Part shown: piece after piece, positions 1 through 8,452 of the stretch
Numbering within the stretch: position 1 is the stretch's first letter
Layout: each line of letters begins with the position of its first letter
Position numbers and translations under genes: made by a program
Assembly (NCBI RefSeq): GCF_002898515.1
Contig: NZ_PPFX01000035.1
Location: forward strand, 12,974-36,973
DNA from: Geothermobacter hydrogeniphilus
Lineage (GTDB): Bacteria; Desulfobacterota; Desulfuromonadia; Desulfuromonadales; Geothermobacteraceae
Direction: 5' to 3'
DNA: 24,000 bases
Notes under the pieces: model-generated
Told to the model about the DNA's origin: nothing
Databases searched by the model: none
The model's input: the letters and a program-made list of their open reading frames with translations, nothing else

Positions 1-396
1 GAGGTTGGAACCGGCTCCGGCTACCAGGCGGCAATCCTGTCCACCCTGGTAAAGAGCGTGTTCAGCATTGAAATCATCTCCCAGCTTGCGACCCAAGCGG
101 CCAACCGTCTGGACCGGCTGGGCTACCACAACATTAAAGTTATCCAGGGAGACGGCTACCAGGGCCTGCCGGAGCAGGCCCCCTTCGACGGGATAATCGT
201 CACCGCGGCTGCCAGCCATGTGCCAATCCCCCTCAAGGAACAGCTCAAACCGGGCGGCAAACTGATCATTCCCGTCGGGCTGCCCTTTGCACACCAGGAA
301 CTGTTACTGATCAGTAAAAACCGGAAGGGACAGCTCAGAACCCGCTCGGCACTCGATGTCGCCTTTGTCCCGCTGACCGGACAACAAGAACAATAA
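1..396 (+). CDS. pcm: Protein-L-isoaspartate O-methyltransferase, C-terminal part (5' end lies outside the window)
   Basis: Frame 1 is open from base 1 (EVGTGSGYQAAILS = SAM-binding motif I) and runs into the listed ORF 58..396. It contains the typical Pcm motifs DGIIVTAAA and LKPGGKLIIPVG. Stop TAA at 394-396. Confidence 0.85.
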   Translation, partial: EVGTGSGYQAAILSTLVKSVFSIEIISQLATQAANRLDRLGYHNIKVIQGDGYQGLPEQAPFDGIIVTAAASHVPIPLKEQLKPGGKLIIPVGLPFAHQELLLISKNRKGQLRTRSALDVAFVPLTGQQEQ

Positions 397-678
397 TGAT
401 GCGGGCAACAGACAGAGCTGAAGTTCCCGAGGGGAGATAAACCATTTTCACTTCCCGCAAACAGGGACGGAAAAATCGGCAACGGAGGAAAGATGCCATG
501 TCCGTTCGCAAGGTCTGTACCCGGGAAGTAGTCATAACTGACCGGAAAACATCATGAGCTTCGAACTGCTGGTGGTCAGGGAGGATGCCAACCGTCAAGA
601 TGCATGCAAACAGATGCAGGTCAGTGGAGTGCGGCGGGTTCCAGCGGCGAACGACAGCGCCTGCGGGGTTAAAGAATC

Positions 679-924
679 GTGAATGCAGCAACCGTAGAAG
701 TCCGGGTCGATTGTTACGCCGGCTACCGGGGCGAAGAGACTCCCCGACGTTTTTTTCTGGGGGAACGCCGCATCGAGGTGGTGGAGATCCTCGACCGCTG
801 GCTTGCCCCTGATCACCGCTATTTCAAGGTCCGCGGCGACGATGGCGACCTGTACATACTGCGCCACGCCAGCGATTCAGGGCACTGGGATCTGATACTC
901 TACAGCGCTCGGGGGCTGTCGTAA
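679..924 (+). CDS. Small conserved hypothetical protein (81 aa)
   Basis: GTG start at 679 overlaps the TGA (680-682) of an upstream 42-codon ORF. I recognise the motif EILDRWLAPDHRYFKVRGDDGDLYILRH as recurring in small uncharacterised bacterial proteins. No function assigned. Confidence 0.5.
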   Translation: MNAATVEVRVDCYAGYRGEETPRRFFLGERRIEVVEILDRWLAPDHRYFKVRGDDGDLYILRHASDSGHWDLILYSARGLS

Positions 925-1088
925 CATGAACCGGCGGCCCCGTATCTCAGTTTCTTTTCGGCCCATAGTTACGACGCTATCAGATAGCAAAGGGGCCAGA
1001 GTTCCACCCTGGCCAGCCTTTTCTGGCAACCTCTCCCAGGCTGGGCCGCAACGGACATTTGGCAATGCGGCCCAGGCAGATGCAAATC

Positions 1089-1271
1089 TCACTTCTGCAC
1101 TTGTCCCTTGACAAAATTCAACGTACCACCAGCCAGTAGATGCTGCCGCTGACGATCCGAAACCTCCAGCAGGGTATGGTCGATCCTGATCGCGATCTCC
1201 GTGCCGGGAATCATCTCTCCAGCGACCAGATGGGCGGCGATGATTTTTCGGGTCAGATTTTCGGCCTTCAT
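1089..1271 (-). pseudogene. Aconitate hydratase N-terminal remnant (only about 35 aa recognisable)
   Basis: An ATG at 1271 with AAGGAG upstream encodes MKAENLTRKIIAAHLVAGEMIPGTEIAIRIDHTLL. This matches the N-terminus of the aconitase family (..EKI..HLV.GE..PG.EI...ID.TL.QDATGT). Similarity is lost after about residue 35 (around nt 1167), and the ORF ends at 60 aa versus more than 600 aa for aconitases. Confidence 0.5.
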
Positions 1272-1289
1272 GATGCTCCTTTTCCGTAC

Positions 1290-2279
1290 TCAGGCAGATG
1301 CCCGGGCAAACCTGCCCCGATCATGCGACCGGGCATAGTCGAGCAACGGCCCCTTCGGGACAATTCCGGTCGGATTGATGGCGGGATGGCTGGCGTAATA
1401 GTGGGTCTTGATCTGGTCGAAATCGACGGTTTCGGCAACCCCGGGCACCTGGTAGAGATCGCGCAGGTAACCCGAGAGGTTCGGGTAATCCTCGATCCGC
1501 CGCAGGTTGGCCTTGAAATGCCCGACATAGACCGCGTCGAAACGAATCAGGGTGGTGAACAGCCGCCAGTCGGCCTCGGTGATCCGGTTGCCGAGCAGAT
1601 AGCGCTGTCCGGAGAGCCGTTCCTCCAGCCAGTCGAGGGCCGCGAACAGCCGGTCGAAGGCCTCTTCGTAGGCCTGCTGGCTGGTGGCGAAGCCGACCTG
1701 GTAGACGCCATTGTTGATATCCCGGTAGATCCGCGCGTTGATCTCGTCGATCCGACCTCTGAGCGCGGCGGGATAATAGTCGGCCTGATTATCCGTAAGA
1801 GCATTGAAGGCACTGTTGAACATGCGGATGATCTCCGCCGATTCATTGCTGACGATGGTCCGCCGCTGCCGGTCCCAGAGAACCGGGACCGTGACCCGGC
1901 CGCTGTAGCCGGGTTCGGCCCGCAGGTAGAGCTGGTACAGGTAACGAATCCCCTCGACCGGCCCTGAAGCACTCGCCTCCGTACCGAGTTCCCAACCGTT
2001 GGCCCCCATCAGCGGGTCAACCACGGAAAGACCGACCAGTTCCTGAAGGCCTTTGAGCCGGCGGAAAATCAGCGTCCGATGAGCCCAGGGACAGGCCAGT
2101 GAAACGTAGAGGTGATAGCGCCCGGCCTCGGCCCGAAACCCGCCCGTGCCGCTCGGCCCGACCCGGCCATCCGCGGTCACCCAGTTGCGGAACTGCGCCT
2201 CCGTGCGGACGAAAGCTCCCTTGTTCGATTTGGTGTCGTACCATTGGTCCCGCCAGACTCCGTCAACCAGCAATCCCAT
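1290..2279 (-). CDS. yqjG: Glutathionyl-hydroquinone reductase (Xi-class GST, YqjG/ECM4 family)
   Basis: Near-collinear similarity to E. coli YqjG from MGLLVDGVWRDQWYDTKS through RYHLYVSLACPWAHRTLI, SGRVTVPVLWD, IVSNESAEIIRMFN and NGVYQVGFATSQ. I chose the internal ATG at 2277-2279 (homologous N-terminus, AAGGGA upstream). The 41-aa extension in the track ORF has no homology. Confidence 0.9.
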   Translation of the reverse strand: MGLLVDGVWRDQWYDTKSNKGAFVRTEAQFRNWVTADGRVGPSGTGGFRAEAGRYHLYVSLACPWAHRTLIFRRLKGLQELVGLSVVDPLMGANGWELGTEASASGPVEGIRYLYQLYLRAEPGYSGRVTVPVLWDRQRRTIVSNESAEIIRMFNSAFNALTDNQADYYPAALRGRIDEINARIYRDINNGVYQVGFATSQQAYEEAFDRLFAALDWLEERLSGQRYLLGNRITEADWRLFTTLIRFDAVYVGHFKANLRRIEDYPNLSGYLRDLYQVPGVAETVDFDQIKTHYYASHPAINPTGIVPKGPLLDYARSHDRGRFARASA

Positions 2280-2440
2280 GACCCGTCCCTTTCTGCCATA
2301 GCCTTTTCTTTTTACAATACCCTGAATCAGTGAATCCCCGAAACAGCGGGTTGCCGTTTTACGGAAACCTGAAGCAGTGAGTTTCTGTTGGATGGATAGC
2401 ACAAGGAACTCTCTGATTCAGGAGGAAAGAAACCGGGGCC

Positions 2441-2478
2441 GCCGAAAAGACTGTGGCGGACCGTTGCCGATCCGCCAC
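2441..2478 (-). terminator. Rho-independent terminator candidate downstream of rbr
   Basis: Perfect 8-bp stem GTGGCGGA (2453-2460) / TCCGCCAC (2471-2478) with a 10-nt loop. On the minus strand it is followed by AGTCTTTTCGG. It lies 64 nt after the rbr stop. Confidence 0.55.
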
Positions 2479-2541
2479 CGCTTTCCCGTTCTGGCTCAGA
2501 CCTGAATCGATGATGAATTCACTGATTCAGGCCAAGGACAG

Positions 2542-3117
2542 CTAGTAATTTTCCCCCAGCAGTTCGAAATGCGCCCGGGCATGGGCACAGGCCGGGCAGA
2601 CATCGGGGGCCCCGGAACCCTCGTGCAGGTAACCGCAGTTGCGGCAACGCCAGACGGTCGTCTCTTCACGCTTGAAGACCCGGTCGTTTTCAACATTCGC
2701 CAGCAGAGCCAGGTAACGTTTCTCGTGCTGTTTTTCGGCGACCGCAATCGCCTGGAAAATATCGGCGATCTCAGCGAACCCTTCTTCCCGGGCGATCTCG
2801 GCGAATTCTGGATACATGACGGTATGCTCGTGGTTCTCGCCACCGGCGGCTTCTTTCAGGTTGTCGGTGGTGGAACCGATGACCCCCGCCGGAAAAGCGG
2901 CGGTTATCTCGACCTCGCCGCCTTCCAGCAGCTTGAACAACCGTTTGGCATGTTCCTTTTCCTGATCAGCCGTTTCAATAAAAATGTCGGCAATCTGCAC
3001 GAAGCCTTCCCGCCTGGCCTGCGCGGCGAAATAAGTATAACGGTTGCGGGCCTGGCTTTCGCCGGCAAATGCGGTCAGAATGTTCTTTTCAGTACGGGTT
3101 CCCTTGAGTGATGCCAT
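2542..3117 (-). CDS. rbr: Rubrerythrin (diiron ferritin-like domain plus C-terminal rubredoxin-like domain)
   Basis: [62 protein letters not shown], and the C-terminal motif CRNCGY...CPAC. ATG at 3115-3117 is preceded by AAGGAGAA. The track ORF's 37-aa extension is a read-through of a poly-G tract. Confidence 0.92.
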   Translation of the reverse strand: MASLKGTRTEKNILTAFAGESQARNRYTYFAAQARREGFVQIADIFIETADQEKEHAKRLFKLLEGGEVEITAAFPAGVIGSTTDNLKEAAGGENHEHTVMYPEFAEIAREEGFAEIADIFQAIAVAEKQHEKRYLALLANVENDRVFKREETTVWRCRNCGYLHEGSGAPDVCPACAHARAHFELLGENY

Positions 3118-3243
3118 CTGTTCTTCTCCTTGCTGGTTGTGGGTAAGACGCGATAAAATTCTTTTCACGCTGGGTGTCGACTGCGGCTTCCGGGGTCGCC
3201 TGGGTTTCTCTTCGCCCCCCCCCCGCAAAACCGTTGCCTCTTT

Positions 3244-3271
3244 CTTATATCACCCATTAAGCACACGTCAA
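3244..3271 (-). promoter_or_regulatory. Candidate sigma70 promoter of rbr
   Basis: Minus strand reads TTGACG (3271-3266), a 16-nt spacer, then TGaTATAAG (extended -10, hexamer 3249-3244). This lies about 125 nt upstream of the rbr ATG. Confidence 0.45.
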
Positions 3272-3283
3272 TATCTATAGATA
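3272..3283. promoter_or_regulatory. Perfect 12-bp AT-rich palindrome TATCTATAGATA abutting the -35 box; candidate PerR/Fur-family operator
   Basis: The sequence is self-complementary. It sits directly upstream of TTGACG in the perR-rbr intergenic region and is the only AT-rich palindrome there. Confidence 0.4.
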
Positions 3284-3404
3284 ACCATTTTCCATGGCAG
3301 CCCCAAAAACATCTCCAAGAGACTGTCGGACTATTCAGGCTGATGCAATAATTTGGAGCGTTGAGACCCGTTTTTCGCTTCAGTCCGGCAAGCCAGACCG
3401 GCTG

Positions 3405-3842
3405 CTAGCTCCGCTGACAGGCGGGACAAACACCGAAAAACTGCAGCTGGTGCGACTCGATCCGATAGCCCGAGACCCGCTCGACTTCGGCAGCCATTTC
3501 ACCCAGGAGGCTGGGATCGGAATCGACAATGGCCTTGCACCGGGTACAGATCAGGTGGGGATGGGGATGAGGCCTGTTGCCATCGTAACGGTTGCGGCCG
3601 TCGGCGAAACCTATCTCCAGAATTTCGCCGATCTCCTTGAGCAGAGTGACCGTTTTGTAGACCGTGGCCAGGCTGGTGGTCGGGAAATGAACCTTGACCT
3701 GTTCATGAACCTGCTCGATGCTCGGATGTTCTTCACTGTGCAGAAAGGTCTTGAGAATCGCAATCCTTTGCGGCGTGATACGACATTCACGTAGACGAAG
3801 CTTGGCGATGATGTCATCAAGACGTTCCTGCATGTTGGCCAT
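3405..3842 (-). CDS. perR: Fur-family metalloregulator, probably peroxide-sensing PerR
   Basis: Contains RITPQRIAILKTF, HPSIEQVHEQV, SLATVYKTV, HPHPHLICTRCKAIVD and the C-terminal CPAC (two CxxC pairs). ATG at 3840-3842. The PerR call, rather than Fur or Zur, rests on its position directly upstream of rubrerythrin. Confidence 0.75.
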   Translation of the reverse strand: MANMQERLDDIIAKLRLRECRITPQRIAILKTFLHSEEHPSIEQVHEQVKVHFPTTSLATVYKTVTLLKEIGEILEIGFADGRNRYDGNRPHPHPHLICTRCKAIVDSDPSLLGEMAAEVERVSGYRIESHQLQFFGVCPACQRS

Positions 3843-3897
3843 GGTCGGGCTGTCTCCGGGGCAGGCAAAGGAAAATAAATCTCTATAAAGAATTGCA

Positions 3898-3915
3898 GAC
3901 TCCCGAAAGGGAGTC
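3898..3915 (-). terminator. Rho-independent terminator downstream of the acyl-CoA synthetase gene
   Basis: GACTCCC-GAAA-GGGAGTC is a perfect 7-bp stem. On the minus strand it is followed by TGCAATTCTTTATAGAGATTTATTTTCC. It begins 30 nt after the stop codon, whose last transcribed base is 3945. Confidence 0.65.
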
Positions 3916-3944
3916 AAGCCGCTCCCGGAAAACAGCCCCTGTCC

Positions 3945-5606
<1,662 letters not shown>

Positions 5607-5624
5607 GGGTTCAACCTCCAGGGG

Positions 5625-6200
5625 TCAGAAGGGCGCGTAGACGACGGCCAGAATCCGGGCCGGTCCCGACAGGGCGTGGACGTCATGGGGAACGATGGAA
5701 TCGTAATAGATGCTCTCCCCGGCTTCCAGCTTATAACGGGTCTGGCCGTAGCTGATCTCGATACAGCCGTCGAGGACATAAAGAAACTCCTCCCCCTCGT
5801 GGGACGAGAGGGGAGCGGCAGCACCCTCGCGCGGCTGGACATCAATCACAAACGGTTCCATGTGGCGGTCTTTTTTACCCGCCCCGAGAGCGTAGAAGTC
5901 GAGCGCGCTCTGTCGTGCCGACGGGTCCTTGCCCGAGAAGCGGATGACGTTGGCCGACTCCCCGTTCTTCACCAGTGCCGGACCATCGTGCGGCTCATCG
6001 TCGAGCAGGGTGCCGAGCCGGACTCCGAGGGCCCGGGCGATCGTCATCAACGGCGTCAGGGACGGAACCAGCTCTCCCGCCTCGATGCGGTTGAGAAGGT
6101 CGACATGACACTGGCTCTGTTCGGCCAGCTGTTCGATGGACAGCTCCCGCGTTTCACGCAAGCGGCGGAGCCGGTCACCAAGTTTATTGGCGGCATACAT
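5625..6200 (-). CDS. XRE-family HTH transcriptional regulator with C-terminal cupin domain (copy 1)
   Basis: N-terminal HTH_3 pattern ([37 protein letters not shown]) and a cupin core ([19 protein letters not shown]...[12 protein letters not shown]). AAGGAGG RBS. Stops 18 nt before the acyl-CoA synthetase start. Confidence 0.85.
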   Translation of the reverse strand: MYAANKLGDRLRRLRETRELSIEQLAEQSQCHVDLLNRIEAGELVPSLTPLMTIARALGVRLGTLLDDEPHDGPALVKNGESANVIRFSGKDPSARQSALDFYALGAGKKDRHMEPFVIDVQPREGAAAPLSSHEGEEFLYVLDGCIEISYGQTRYKLEAGESIYYDSIVPHDVHALSGPARILAVVYAPF

Positions 6201-6386
6201 GGGTTAATCCTCCTTTAACATCAACGCCTTACAGGGTTGGAGACGATTGGAACGAGCCGCAGGTTAGCACATCTGCAGGGCGGGGCAAAGGGGACAGGGG
6301 ATTGTGTCAAACAAGAAAAGCCCCCGGGCTCTGAACAAGCACCGGAGGCAGAGGATGAGGGAGTGCGATTTCTCCGGAGAGCAGTC

Positions 6387-7292
6387 TCAGTCCCCTGTCG
6401 GGGCGGAGCGCAGGGTTTCCCAATGCCGTCGGATGGCATCCCGTAACACCATCGCGGTCACGCCCGATTTGCGGAAACGACCCTGCATCGCCAGGTATTC
6501 CGCCAGTGCCAGGTCGGAGAAGTCAGGCTCGACATTGATCGTCATCTGCCGCCCGTCCCGGATCTCCAGAACCGGGAAAAGCCCGGAACGAACCGCCAGG
6601 CGGATCAGCTGGATCCCGTGAGAAGGTTCCGATTTCCAACCGGTGGGACAGGGGGAAAGGATGTGCAGGAAACGGAAGCCGCGCATCTCAAGCGCCAGCC
6701 GCAGCTTGCACAGGGTATCCTCGGGGTGAGCCAGGGAAACGCTCGCCGCGTAAGGAATGCGGTGCGCCGCCATGATCGCCAGGATCTCTTTCTTCACCTC
6801 CGGCTTGCCGGTCGGGGTACTGGTGGTCGCCGCCCCCAGCGGAGTGGCCGAGGAGCGCTGACCGCCGGTGTTGCCGTAGATTTCATTGTCGTAACAGATG
6901 TAGAGGATATCCTCGTTGCGCTCGGCGGCGGCCGAGAGCGCGCCCATGCCGATATCGTAGGTACCGCCGTCTCCGGCCCAGCAGATCACCCGGGTCTCTT
7001 CGCCGTTGAGGGCGGCGACCCGCGCCAGCCCGCCGGCGACTGCCGCGCTGCAGGCGAAGGTCGACATCACCACCGGAGCGCCGAAGGACGAAAAAGGATA
7101 ATTGCCGACCGCGACCGCGCCGCAGCAGGCCGGGACCACCAGCTGCACCGGTTGTCCGGCAATGGCACGACTGAGCATCTGCAGCGCGATCGACATGCCG
7201 CAACCGCCGCAGTTGGTGTTACCGGGACGCAGCAGCGGCTTTTTCCGGTCATGTTCGGTTTGTGCCATACCGTTCAGCGCCGGTTCGTTCAT
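6387..7292 (-). CDS. 2-oxoacid:ferredoxin oxidoreductase, beta (TPP-binding) subunit, Por/Vor type
   Basis: Contains GNTNCGGCGMSIA, GDGGTYDIGMGALSAAAERNEDILYICYDNEIYGNTGGQRSSATP and FLHILSPCPTGW. The ATG at 7290-7292 overlaps the alpha-subunit stop (ATGA). Confidence 0.88.
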   Translation of the reverse strand: MNEPALNGMAQTEHDRKKPLLRPGNTNCGGCGMSIALQMLSRAIAGQPVQLVVPACCGAVAVGNYPFSSFGAPVVMSTFACSAAVAGGLARVAALNGEETRVICWAGDGGTYDIGMGALSAAAERNEDILYICYDNEIYGNTGGQRSSATPLGAATTSTPTGKPEVKKEILAIMAAHRIPYAASVSLAHPEDTLCKLRLALEMRGFRFLHILSPCPTGWKSEPSHGIQLIRLAVRSGLFPVLEIRDGRQMTINVEPDFSDLALAEYLAMQGRFRKSGVTAMVLRDAIRRHWETLRSAPTGD

Positions 7293-8452
7293 ACCCCAAC
7301 CTCCATGATCATCGGTTCGCCGGCCGACTCCCGGCCGCGCAGGTCGTCGACCAGCTGCTCGATATGTTCGGGACGGACATCGCCGCCACCGAGGCCGAGC
7401 ATATAGTTCTGTACCAGGGTTTCGGCACCGGCGCAGGTCCGGCATTCCCCCCAGAGTACGCCGCCGAATCCGGGGCTGATATCCCGGTCGAGAACCGCCA
7501 CCCGGCGGGCACGCGCCAGCTTTTCCCGCAGCAGCCGCGCCGGAAACGGACGCAGCAGGCGGATGCGCAGGGAGCCGACCTTCACGCCCCGCTCCCGCAG
7601 GCGGTCAACACTCCGTTCAACGGTGCCGGCAAGGGTGCCCATCGACAGGATCAGCAGCTCGGCATCCTCATCGCGATACCCGACCAGCGGCCCTGGCAGC
7701 TCGCGCCCGAAGATTTCGGCGAACTCCCGCTGCAGTTCGGGATAGATGTTCAGGGCCTCGCCCATCGCCTGGTGATGCCGGCGACGCAGAACCTCGGTCT
7801 GCTGCGGCAGGATCACCGAGCCGAGGGCGTGCGGCTGGTCGGCAAGACGATGCGACACGGACAGGGGGGGGAGAAAGCGGTCGACCTGCTCCTGGGCGGG
7901 AATCAGCGTCTGCGCCATGGTATGGGAAAGGACGAAACCGTCCTGGCAGACCATCACCGGCAGCATCACTCGCGCATCTTCGCCAAGACGATAGGCAAAG
8001 AGAATGGTGTCGAGGACTTCCTGGTTGTCAGCACAGTAGAACTGCAGCCAGCCGGAATCGCGCAGCAGCAGGCTGTCGCCATGATCGGCCCAGATATTCC
8101 AGGGCGGCCCCAGGGTACGGTTGGCCACCATCATCACCATCGGCAGCCGCAACAGAGCGGCGGCCACGACATTCTCGGCCATGTAGGCGAGGCCGTTGGA
8201 GGAGGTGGCGGTGAAGGAACGGGCCCCGCCGGCGACACTGCCGATACAGACCGCCATGGCACTGTGCTCCCCTTCGACCCGCACCACCTGCCCCTTTTCG
8301 ATCTCCTGAGCACAGAGCAGTTCCATACATTCAGTCGACGGAGTAATCGGGTAGACACCGCTGCAGAAACCGCGGCCTTTTCGATTGGCGCGCGCCGCCA
8401 GGGTCGCGGCATGGGCGGCGGCATGGTTGGCGCTGATCAGTTCGCTGCGCAT
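7289..8452 (-). CDS. 2-oxoacid:ferredoxin oxidoreductase, alpha subunit
   Basis: Contains ISANHAAAHAA, YPITPSTE, EGEHSAMAVCIGSVAGGARSFTATSSNGLAYM and MVMMVANR. ATG at 8450-8452 overlaps the upstream fusion gene by 16 nt. The track ORF's 53-aa extension lies inside that gene. Confidence 0.88.
   Translation of the reverse strand: MRSELISANHAAAHAATLAARANRKGRGFCSGVYPITPSTECMELLCAQEIEKGQVVRVEGEHSAMAVCIGSVAGGARSFTATSSNGLAYMAENVVAAALLRLPMVMMVANRTLGPPWNIWADHGDSLLLRDSGWLQFYCADNQEVLDTILFAYRLGEDARVMLPVMVCQDGFVLSHTMAQTLIPAQEQVDRFLPPLSVSHRLADQPHALGSVILPQQTEVLRRRHHQAMGEALNIYPELQREFAEIFGRELPGPLVGYRDEDAELLILSMGTLAGTVERSVDRLRERGVKVGSLRIRLLRPFPARLLREKLARARRVAVLDRDISPGFGGVLWGECRTCAGAETLVQNYMLGLGGGDVRPEHIEQLVDDLRGRESAGEPMIMEVGV

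Noticed and set aside
877-1111. ORFs 926..1111 (+) and 877..1092 (-) in the gap between the 81-aa ORF and the aconitase remnant
   Set aside because: They have no RBS, no recognisable motifs and mutually overlap on opposite strands. The region is better explained as a non-coding or deletion scar containing a hairpin (1041-1075).
6330-6386. GA-rich stretch GGAGGCAGAGGATGAGGGAGTGC resembling an arm of the TTAACGCAGAG repeat, downstream of the OFOR beta gene
   Set aside because: Only one arm-like segment is present, with no TTAACGCAGAG terminus, no partner arm and no AT-rich centre. I cannot distinguish it from chance similarity between GA-rich sequences without a statistical search.
7864-7871. 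G8 homopolymer inside the OFOR alpha-subunit gene
   Set aside because: It is in frame (it encodes PPL on the minus strand) and the reading frame is intact on both sides with family motifs. It is only a potential sequencing-error hotspot, not a feature.
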